Origin: a virus
DNA length: 43,338 bases
Direction: 5' to 3' (one strand)
IMG/VR virus record: IMGVR_UViG_3300029873_000010
Coordinates: 1-43,338 of that record
A program made the position numbers and the translations under genes. This document shows positions 10,701 through 16,474 of the stretch, in pieces (the first letter of the stretch is position 1; the number at the start of each line of letters is the position of its first letter). Under the pieces are notes generated by a model. The model was not told the DNA's origin and did no database searches. It saw only the letters and a program-made list of their open reading frames with translations.

Positions 10701-11621
10701 ATTACCAATACGGGCAATACAAGTTTCGCCACGGGTTTATGTACCGGAACAATACAGGCAATTACGCCTTTCTCTTTGACGTCTGACGATATTAAGGCGT
10801 CGGAAATTGAGGTTGGCGATTTTATCAAAATCGGCGAATATCATAGCGATTGGCGAGAATTTGCGGTTAGAACAGTTGCAACGGTTGATAAAGTAAACGG
10901 CGTTGTTACATGGGTTAAGCCGTTCAGCGTATCGGAAATTTGGCATTACAATAATTTATCCGATATGGTCGGCGCACAATTCGCCGTTCGTCGATTGGGT
11001 CAAGTTCGCACGAATTACAACACATTGGTTGAGAAATTCAAGGCGTCAAATCCTAATGCGCAATTATTGGTCGTTGGTATGAGTGCATTTAATACGAACG
11101 ATTATTGTAGCGGTTGGGGATATAACGAATTGCAACAGGAAATAGCCAACCAATACAACGGTAAATTCGTTAATATATCCGATGAACAAATACGTTTTAA
11201 CGACGGTGCATTATCCAACCCGAAAATTATAAACATACCGTCGTCGGGCGTTGCGGATTATGTGGTTGACGGGGCGGAAGTCGGTAACGTCAATCGTGCG
11301 TTCCGTGTATGGGTTAACGGCGTTGATGTTACCGGAATTGATGCGTATGTTGAGCGTACCGACGGTTGGTTTGTTACGTCTGACGTTGACCCGTCGTTAA
11401 TTCATTTAACACAAGGTCAAGATTGGAACCAAGTTGTATTGTTTGCAACCGATTACGCCGTTAAGCCTGTAAGGGTTCATTTTTACGGGAATGTTCCGGC
11501 GTCAAGCGATACAATACAATTGGTTGTCGGCGGTTTTGGTTGGAGTGACGACGGGGTACACCAAACAGAAAGCGGAAACCAAACATACGGAAGTTGTATT
11601 TTAAAAGCAATTACCCAATAA
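7719..11621 (+). CDS. Tail fibre / receptor-binding protein with a C-terminal split SGNH/GDSL-like esterase domain
   Basis: 1300 aa; last and largest tail gene. SGNH-like blocks: AIFGSSKS (aa 633-640), NAAFGGY (924-930), LEYGTNDD (958-965), WSDDGVHQTESGN (1275-1287). Confidence 0.7.
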   Translation: MANYTSLKDAIAQVVKTNGNQEITGAILQSTLLSIVNGIGVNRTFAGIATPTTVPGTPDANVFYLAAQPGAYVNFGSNAVVTDTVQVFYNNAGNTWSAWTLPIAPQQTTYNIAAQDSFYQNRTLDKSDRAKWVAAFTGVKVVFNNIVPANYPNIQIAVSLVRRNSETNHELRFKINTGSGWAYIGSNWNDTNSPENANGGATPYDKTFVYGTGTVRIQCAIDWSAFIIGASIFVDDALDATPYYVLSPNNVFLSDLNTFNPANINVPDKQSNIVNNGVKTFVPNCASVIGNVPLPVYVFKTPYKLSDNLNYFFEIGAKTSSARKVGYKTMTISFWGRNNSTWNYYTPKFFWSDGNITPVRLCISSDGFICIAIGADNTPLSTTLGGNLALYIKKVGLDGVDSRVVIPAPIYDGWSISGMQSLDNTYTNVFQAENGNSGEQQMQNGYQIKPTPTSVATTFTPLVAADLGSSKHPGYKMKIALPAAFTPSLNAAYRMRIQIKDISNKGYGITEAVLEFWGRLSSKIQYGVIYKDARFPMSVRVGLNGTRYYVLLDGDLWGYTVVTIPEFTVYNNTTVNNALQSDFIFGTYTEDELTDYVEVYTPPVYKTATVDYVNDAIENINSVVQPVKAKSYAIFGSSKSTTRNAYSGWLAYLVDGLLTLSNKTTNLITTGTVTNRPYNQKALTNTANGIVNKKITGIGSSLTFTVFGSHVDLVQFIERTTNYATFDIYDNDVKIGSFNNRNKTMLGQRTQTFAGTGAQKSFVIDHLDSYNFAVTVNGATQTVSMNPGLSGGDCYAVRTIMTFAPYNDGQPRRILYFPVAPANGATIQLTYNVGRAIGFTQSDFNEDENGNTESVNPVNIASLTADAVTRLGYPLSPVINNPDAVLRFSFDAYGMHRIKIVITGGTNPYFDFDFACAELNNFMNAAFGGYDLARAISESQWHDWRCVRYLPYFDVLMLEYGTNDDRYQIDRVLVREQTFTLEEIKNVKLKEVIYITNTGNTSFATGLCTGTIQAITPFSLTSDDIKASEIEVGDFIKIGEYHSDWREFAVRTVATVDKVNGVVTWVKPFSVSEIWHYNNLSDMVGAQFAVRRLGQVRTNYNTLVEKFKASNPNAQLLVVGMSAFNTNDYCSGWGYNELQQEIANQYNGKFVNISDEQIRFNDGALSNPKIINIPSSGVADYVVDGAEVGNVNRAFRVWVNGVDVTGIDAYVERTDGWFVTSDVDPSLIHLTQGQDWNQVVLFATDYAVKPVRVHFYGNVPASSDTIQLVVGGFGWSDDGVHQTESGNQTYGSCILKAITQ

Positions 11622-11630
11622 CTAACTAAT

Positions 11631-11664
11631 GGGAGGGCGGGAAACCGCCCGCCCTATTTCATTT
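11631..11664 (+). terminator. Rho-independent terminator/attenuator after the tail fibre gene
   Basis: GGGAGGGCGG-GAAA-CCGCCCGCCC: 10-bp stem with one mismatch and a GNRA loop, followed by TATTTCATTT. Confidence 0.65.
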
Positions 11665-12123
11665 ATGAATATGCAAGAACGTAACATTATCAACGGAACA
11701 ACCACGGCGGTTGTTGCACCCTTGTTAGACTTTTATAATAGTCTTATTCCCTTTTTGATTTTAGCCATTGTTTTAATTTTCGTTGATAGTCGTTTCGGAG
11801 TTGCCGCCGCAAAGAAACGAGGGGAGCCAATACGCACGTCCCGCAAATGGCGTCGGGCAATAAACAAGTTGGTCGATTACATTTGTTGGGTAACGTTGGC
11901 GGGGTTATTCGGTCAAACGTTCGGTACGATATTAGGGATACCGATATTGTCCGGGTTGTTACTGTTAATCGTGTATGGTATCGAAATTTCAAGTTGTTTT
12001 AATAACTATTTTGAGGCAAAAGGGATAAAAAAGAAAGTAAACATTTTCAAATTATTTAATCGCCCGGAGGTCGAACGATGTATTGAGGACGTGCCGGACA
12101 AAGAAAAGGAGGTAAAAGAATGA
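11665..12123 (+). CDS. Holin (putative)
   Basis: Three hydrophobic helices (LIPFLILAIVLIFV, ICWVTLAGLFGQTF, ILGIPILSGLLLLIVYGI) and a charged C-terminus. ATGA overlap with the amidase gene. The track start at 11629 would lie inside the terminator hairpin, so ATG 11665 or 11671 is preferred. Confidence 0.65.
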   Translation: MNMQERNIINGTTTAVVAPLLDFYNSLIPFLILAIVLIFVDSRFGVAAAKKRGEPIRTSRKWRRAINKLVDYICWVTLAGLFGQTFGTILGIPILSGLLLLIVYGIEISSCFNNYFEAKGIKKKVNIFKLFNRPEVERCIEDVPDKEKEVKE

Positions 12124-12710
12124 AACCAATTGTTTTGTTAGACAACGGACACGGCAAAGAAACAGCCGGGAAGCGTTCCCCCGTTTGGGGTGACGGGTCG
12201 CAACTGTTTGAATGGGAGTTTAACCGGGATATTGTGCGCCGTATTGCCAAAAAGTTGGAAGCGGACGGCGTACCGTACCGGGTGTTAGTCCCGGAGGAAA
12301 CCGACATACCGTTGGTTGAACGTGTAAAACGAGCCAACAAGATTTCCAAAGAGAACAACGGCAAAGTATATGTATTAAGCATACACGCCAACGCCGGAGG
12401 CGGTACGGGTTGGGAGGTTTACACTTTGCCCGGAGAAACGAAAGCGGATGCAATCGCCACGGTATTTGCCGAGGAAGCGCAACGGGTATTCGTTCCGGAC
12501 GGTTGGCGTATGCGTTTCGATTATGCCGACGGCGACCCGGATAAGGAAGAGGCGTTTTATATCCTCAAACACACGAGTTGCCCGGCAATTCTTACGGAAA
12601 ACTTTTTCATGGATACCGAAAAAGATTGCCGTTTCATAATGAGCGACGACGGGCGGGAGCAAATCGCAGATTTGCACGTTGCCGCAATCAAAAGGGTTAT
12701 TAAACTTTAA
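12120..12710 (+). CDS. N-acetylmuramoyl-L-alanine amidase (Amidase_3-type endolysin)
   Basis: LLDNGHGKETAGKRSP, EWEFNRDI and LSIHANAGGGTGWEVY are typical zinc amidase signatures. Confidence 0.9.
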   Translation: MKPIVLLDNGHGKETAGKRSPVWGDGSQLFEWEFNRDIVRRIAKKLEADGVPYRVLVPEETDIPLVERVKRANKISKENNGKVYVLSIHANAGGGTGWEVYTLPGETKADAIATVFAEEAQRVFVPDGWRMRFDYADGDPDKEEAFYILKHTSCPAILTENFFMDTEKDCRFIMSDDGREQIADLHVAAIKRVIKL

Positions 12711-12721
12711 TTCATAACGAT

Positions 12722-13108
12722 ATGACAAAAGCAGAAAAGAAAGAGTATTTGCAACAGTTAGTCGCAAGTCAAGGGAACCAATCCGGTATCAGCATTTCCC
12801 CGTTATTAGACGCAATTATTGGCGATTGCGAGGACGTTTTTACGGTTACGGTCGAGGACAACGAAGAAGATACGAAGAACGTAACCAACCCACAATCGGA
12901 AATTGACGCATTTATTGACGCCGTGAACGCCGACCCGTTACACAATATACCAAAGGTTTATATTTCGGGCGTTGTAATTTCCTTTGCTCAATTGGAGATT
13001 AACGAGGACGAAATAAATAGTACGGTTGAAATGACGGGCGGACATTATGTTTTGACGTTGAGCAAAACGCCCGAAAGTTCGTTAATCATTTACACGGCGA
13101 ACGTATGA
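12722..13108 (+). CDS. Hypothetical acidic protein in the lysis cassette
   Basis: 128-aa ORF, D/E-rich, lying between the amidase and a membrane-anchored ORF. No motif recognised. Confidence 0.55.
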   Translation: MTKAEKKEYLQQLVASQGNQSGISISPLLDAIIGDCEDVFTVTVEDNEEDTKNVTNPQSEIDAFIDAVNADPLHNIPKVYISGVVISFAQLEINEDEINSTVEMTGGHYVLTLSKTPESSLIIYTANV

Positions 13109-13719
13109 AAAAGTATTTGATTTTGGCGGCAATCATTTTGGCGGTTGCCGCCGCCTTTTGGGTGCAACACGTCAAAATAAAGAGGTTGACCGAGGAACGG
13201 GACAGATACCGGAGCAATACAGAAATACTATTGGAGGACGTCAAGATATACCAAACGAAAGACAGTTTGAACGCAATCAAAGTTGGAAATTTGGAGTTGT
13301 CATTGGCGGAATACAAAAAGTACCGGGCGGACGATTTGGCGTTAATAAAGACGTTGCAGACAAAGAACCGGGATTTGGAACGGGTTACAACAACCCAAAT
13401 GGAAACAATCAACGAATTGCGGGCAACCGTCCGGGATAGTGTTGTATATTTGCCCGGCGATACGGTTACGACCGTTTTACGTTGCGTCGATATTGTCGAA
13501 CCGTGGTTTGAGTTGCACGGATGCGCCACGCCGGACGGACAATTTACCGGGACGCATATAAACCGGGATAGTCTGTTGATTGTCGAAACGGTACAATACA
13601 AACGGTTTTTGGGGTTCCTTTGGAAAACCAAAAGGATAAAGAACCGGGAAATTGATGTTGTAAGCAAGAACCCGGCAACAAAAATATTGGGCGTTGAGTA
13701 TATCGAAATTGAGGAATAA
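13105..13719 (+). CDS. Membrane-anchored coiled-coil protein (possible spanin-like lysis accessory)
   Basis: N-terminal TM helix YLILAAIILAVAAAFWV followed by a coiled coil. ATGA overlap with the upstream ORF. Last gene before the strong terminator. Confidence 0.55.
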   Translation: MKKYLILAAIILAVAAAFWVQHVKIKRLTEERDRYRSNTEILLEDVKIYQTKDSLNAIKVGNLELSLAEYKKYRADDLALIKTLQTKNRDLERVTTTQMETINELRATVRDSVVYLPGDTVTTVLRCVDIVEPWFELHGCATPDGQFTGTHINRDSLLIVETVQYKRFLGFLWKTKRIKNREIDVVSKNPATKILGVEYIEIEE

Positions 13720-13746
13720 AACATAAAAAACAATCGTTTTTATGCG

Positions 13747-13780
13747 GGGGATACAATTAAATGTATCCCCTTTTTTATTT
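13747..13780 (+). terminator. Rho-independent terminator ending the late (head-tail-lysis) operon
   Basis: Perfect 9-bp stem GGGGATACA/TGTATCCCC, 6-nt loop, then TTTTTTATTTT. Confidence 0.85.
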
Positions 13781-13896
13781 TGCCCGTTTTTAGCCCCGTA
13801 CGGCGATTATATTTTAAAAGTGGATAACTTATATATCCAAGCAAAGAAAGTTCATTAAAACGGAAATTTTCCAAAAATAACTTTACCTTTTTGTTG

Positions 13897-13928
13897 TTCG
13901 TAAATTAAAAATATATCTTTTATATTTG
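13897..13928 (+). promoter_or_regulatory. Bacteroidota-type promoter (weaker -33) for the HNH gene
   Basis: TTCG-N20-TATATTTG. The spacer GTAAATTAAAAATAT resembles the other early promoters. ATG lies 29 nt downstream. Confidence 0.5.
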
Positions 13929-13956
13929 CACAATCAAAACCCCAAAATATAAGTAT

Positions 13957-14445
13957 ATGGAAATTTGGAAAGATGTACCGGGGTATGCCGGAAAATATGC
14001 GGTTAGTTCATACGGTCGCATAAAATCAGTAAAGAGCGGTTTAATACTAAAACCAACGCAAAAGGTTTGCGGGGGTCTGCAATTAAAATTGAGTAAGGAC
14101 GGGAAAGTTACGACCGTTCAAGTTAGCCGGGTTGTCGCAATGGCATTTATACCGAACCCGGATAATAAACCAAACGTTGACCATATCGACGGGGTGCGGT
14201 ATCATAATTTCGTCGAAAATTTGCGTTGGTGTACGCAGGACGAAAATATGAATTATGAATTGGCGATTAAGAATAAAACCCGATACAATGATAAAATACA
14301 AGGTTTAGGATATGACGGAAAAGTGGTTGTTGAGTTCGCTAATTATAAAGAGGCGGTTAAAAAGGGGTTCAATCGGGCATTGATAAAAAAGAGTATCGAC
14401 ACGGGAAAGCCATACAAAGGAATTTACTACAAACACCAAAAATAA
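13957..14445 (+). CDS. Free-standing HNH homing endonuclease (NUMOD4 plus HNH_3-like)
   Basis: EIWKDVPGYAGKYAVSSYGRIKS (NUMOD4-like) and VDHIDGVRYHNFVENLRWCTQDEN (HNH-like). Confidence 0.85.
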   Translation: MEIWKDVPGYAGKYAVSSYGRIKSVKSGLILKPTQKVCGGLQLKLSKDGKVTTVQVSRVVAMAFIPNPDNKPNVDHIDGVRYHNFVENLRWCTQDENMNYELAIKNKTRYNDKIQGLGYDGKVVVEFANYKEAVKKGFNRALIKKSIDTGKPYKGIYYKHQK

Positions 14446-14456
14446 AAGAAAATTCT

Positions 14457-14487
14457 TTTGGTATTTAAAATAATAGTTGTATATTTG
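14457..14487 (+). promoter_or_regulatory. Bacteroidota sigma-A type early promoter
   Basis: TTTG(14457-14460)-N19-TATATTTG(14480-14487). Shares TTTTGGTA(T/A)TTAAAA with the promoters at 15950 and 21844. Confidence 0.7.
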
Positions 14488-14500
14488 CAGTACGATAATA

Positions 14501-14522
14501 CAACGATGGGGCGTTTTCCCCG
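14501..14522 (+). promoter_or_regulatory. Leader box plus hairpin (CAACGA, then U-GGGG / CGTTTT / CCCC-G)
   Basis: Lies 13 nt after the -7 box and 21 nt before ATG 14543. Homologous to 21888-21909 with a compensatory stem change. Confidence 0.6.
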
Positions 14523-14542
14523 GACAATTAGAGAGCGTAACA

Positions 14543-14794
14543 ATGAATACTCAAAGCATTTACAACGGATTAGCATACACAACAAGTGAAATTAACCGCA
14601 ATTACAAAATCAAGGTTGCCGGAATGGTAAACGGGAAAAAGGTTAATATGTTGGTAGGGGTTGCCGGATTAATCCGCATTGTCGGCGACATTGAATTGGT
14701 TAACCGTCTTTTAAACCGTGCGTTCAACTGTTACGGCGACAAAGAGGTTTGCAAATTGCGCCGAGGCGTCAAAATTACGTTCTATTATTCGTAA
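14543..14794 (+). CDS. Hypothetical early protein
   Basis: 83 aa from the first ATG downstream of the promoter and leader. The track ORF begins at TTG 14477, inside the promoter. Confidence 0.6.
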   Translation: MNTQSIYNGLAYTTSEINRNYKIKVAGMVNGKKVNMLVGVAGLIRIVGDIELVNRLLNRAFNCYGDKEVCKLRRGVKITFYYS

Positions 14795-14795
14795 C

Positions 14796-14827
14796 CAACG
14801 ACCGGGCGTTTTCCCGGCAACAAATAA
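14796..14827 (+). promoter_or_regulatory. Intercistronic copy of the CAACGA-CCGGG-CGTTTT-CCCGG box
   Basis: CAACGACCGGGCGTTTTCCCGGCAACAAATAA lies between the stop at 14794 and ATG 14839. The 22-nt core is identical to 21888-21909. Confidence 0.6.
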
Positions 14828-14838
14828 TATTTTCAAAA

Positions 14839-15171
14839 ATGAAATCAGATGTTAACGGCGTAAGCCAATGCCAAAAAGGAACCGAGAATTACGAAACGTT
14901 TTATACGACAATCAGACGTAAAAAAACAAAGTTGGTGCAATACGATTTTCGTAATGAGGACGGCGAATTGTTCACGTGCGTAAAGCCAACATTAACCGAA
15001 TGCCGAAAAGCAAGGGACGAATATTTTAAACCCGTCGTTGTGGTTTATACCCCGGAGCAATTCAAAGAATTAGGATTTGACGGGGAAATTGCAAAGTATA
15101 TGCGAGAACATACCAATACGGCAATCGTCGGCGATATTCCCGGAGTTGACCGCCCGTGTTGTTACTTATGA
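14839..15171 (+). CDS. Hypothetical protein with a DUF3873-like N-terminal region (tentative)
   Basis: 110 aa from the ATG 21 nt after the hairpin. YETF...VQYDFRNEDGELFTCVKPTLTECRKARDEYF matches my recollection of the Bacteroides DUF3873 family. Confidence 0.5.
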   Translation: MKSDVNGVSQCQKGTENYETFYTTIRRKKTKLVQYDFRNEDGELFTCVKPTLTECRKARDEYFKPVVVVYTPEQFKELGFDGEIAKYMREHTNTAIVGDIPGVDRPCCYL

Positions 15172-15799
15172 AACAGCAAGCCGCAACGGGGAACCATTCG
15201 AGGAAAGTATAAAGAAACACGGAATTTCCAACGTTAAACAACCGCTTTGTACCCGTGAATTGAAAACACGAACAATTAACGCATATATGCGGGCAATTGG
15301 TTGGAAAAAATACCATAGGGCAATCGGTATTCGTATTGATGAAATCGACCGAATAAATCCAAATTATAAAAAGGAACGGATAATTTACCCGCTTGTTTCA
15401 ATGGTGCCGATGCGTAAGGCGGATATTTTCAGTTTTTGGGAACAACAGCCGTTCACGCTTAATTTAAAACCATATCAAGGAAATTGCGATTGCTGTTTTA
15501 AAAAATCATTGCGTAAGTTATTGACGATTGCAAAAGAGGAACCGCAACGTTTTGATTGGTGGGTTGAAATGGAACGAAAGTACGGGGAATACGTCCCGGA
15601 AAGCAAAAAGAACAATCCAAAAGCAATACCGCCGTTTCATTTTTTCCGGGGCAATGTATCAGCGACGGAAATTTTGGAAATGAGTAAAACATTTACCGAC
15701 GTCGTTAAGGACGAACGAACCCAACACGCACAATTAACGTTATTCGGGTTTGATTTGGATATTTCAAACGGTTGTTCTGAAAGTTGCGAAGCATTTTAA
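15077..15799 (+). CDS. PAPS reductase-family protein, C-terminal part only (N-terminal PP-loop absent; possible remnant)
   Basis: VVTYETASRNGEPFE, PLCTRELKTR, IGIRIDEIDR and QGNCDCCFKKS match phage-type PAPS reductases. No SGGxxS motif. The frame opens only at 15074, with a TTG and no nearby ATG. Overlaps the upstream ORF by 95 nt. Confidence 0.55.
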   Translation: MTGKLQSICENIPIRQSSAIFPELTARVVTYETASRNGEPFEESIKKHGISNVKQPLCTRELKTRTINAYMRAIGWKKYHRAIGIRIDEIDRINPNYKKERIIYPLVSMVPMRKADIFSFWEQQPFTLNLKPYQGNCDCCFKKSLRKLLTIAKEEPQRFDWWVEMERKYGEYVPESKKNNPKAIPPFHFFRGNVSATEILEMSKTFTDVVKDERTQHAQLTLFGFDLDISNGCSESCEAF

Positions 15800-15804
15800 A
15801 AGAG

Positions 15805-15837
15805 GACCCCCGGACGTAACAGATACGCCGGGGGGTC
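15805..15837 (+). terminator. Strong GC hairpin after the PAPS reductase-like gene (no U-tract)
   Basis: GACCCCCGG-a-CGTA / acaga / TACG-CCGGGGGGTC: about 13 bp with two single-nt bulges. Not followed by a T run. Confidence 0.4.
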
Positions 15838-15949
15838 GGTACGCAGTAACCGAGAGCGATTTTTGGTAATGCGGTATTGCAAAGGTAGGTAAAAAATCGG
15901 ATATTTCACGCACCCGGCAAAAATGATTTCGCAAAACAAAGATTATATT

Positions 15950-15981
15950 TTTGGTAATTAAAAAAAATCTTTCTACCTTTG
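15950..15981 (+). promoter_or_regulatory. Bacteroidota sigma-A type early promoter
   Basis: TTTG(15950-15953)-N20-TACCTTTG(15974-15981), preceded by GATTATATTTT. Confidence 0.7.
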
Positions 15982-16004
15982 CAGAACAAAAGATTAACAG
16001 CCTA

Positions 16005-16021
16005 CCCGGAGGGATACCGGG
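16005..16021 (+). promoter_or_regulatory. Leader hairpin CCCGG / AGGGATA / CCGGG
   Basis: 5-bp GC stem lying 23 nt after the -7 box and 7 nt before ATG 16029. Confidence 0.45.
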
Positions 16022-16028
16022 AAGTGAT

Positions 16029-16457
16029 ATGAAAATAAAAGAAAGTGAGCAATTAAAGATGTTGGCGACCGAAAGCGGGAAAACAGCCAACCAAGTATCC
16101 GAAACAATCGTTACGGAGTTAATCAACAAACAGATTATCGAGAACATAAGCGACAATTGGGGGTTCCCGGTCGCCGATTGTTACGAACGGGATGTTTTCG
16201 TAGTGGAAATGGTGGACGTTATCCGGGCAATTGGTATTTCCCCGGTTCGTTCCGTCCATTTGGACGCCCTGTTGGAATGTGTATTGATTGGCGACGATGA
16301 TTGCCCGGAGTGTGGCGGGGAAATGGAGGTTACAGACGGCGAATATAGACGTACCGGAGGCGACGGATATTTGACCCCGCCGGAATATAGCCCGATTTGG
16401 GAGGAAAAAACGTGCCGCAATTGCGGATATAAAGAGAGCAACGAACCAAGTTATTAA
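16029..16457 (+). CDS. Hypothetical protein with a C-terminal zinc ribbon
   Basis: 142 aa from the first ATG after the promoter and leader. CPECGG...CRNCGY pair. Confidence 0.6.
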   Translation: MKIKESEQLKMLATESGKTANQVSETIVTELINKQIIENISDNWGFPVADCYERDVFVVEMVDVIRAIGISPVRSVHLDALLECVLIGDDDCPECGGEMEVTDGEYRRTGGDGYLTPPEYSPIWEEKTCRNCGYKESNEPSY

Positions 16458-16474
16458 CAAAAAAAATTTAAGTT

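Noticed and set aside
7719-11621. Diversity-generating retroelement targeting the tail fibre
   Set aside because: No reverse transcriptase motif (YxDD) appears in any ORF. I could find no template/variable repeat pair with adenine-specific differences near the fibre 3' end.
13781-13956. tRNA, ncRNA or CRISPR-like content in the larger intergenic gaps (13781-13956, 15838-15949, 18281-18483, 21813-21926)
   Set aside because: I found no cloverleaf-compatible stems with a T-loop GTTCRA box and no regularly spaced direct repeats. These gaps are explained by terminator, promoter and leader elements.
14477-14542. Upstream alternative starts given by the ORF track: TTG 14477 and GTG 15951, plus ATG 11629, GTG 28397, TTG 20050, TTG 20979 and 35443
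   Set aside because: These starts fall inside predicted promoters, leader hairpins or terminators, or are non-ATG codons lying just upstream of an ATG with canonical ATGA/TAATG coupling. The downstream ATGs were used instead.
15074-15171. Programmed +1 frameshift fusing the DUF3873-like ORF to the PAPS reductase-like ORF
   Set aside because: The 95-nt overlap contains no recognisable slippery heptamer and no prfB-like CUU-UGA context; the end of frame 1 is UAC UUA UGA. A fusion would still lack the PP-loop. A deletion or remnant is the simpler explanation. It is kept only as a caveat in the corresponding finding.
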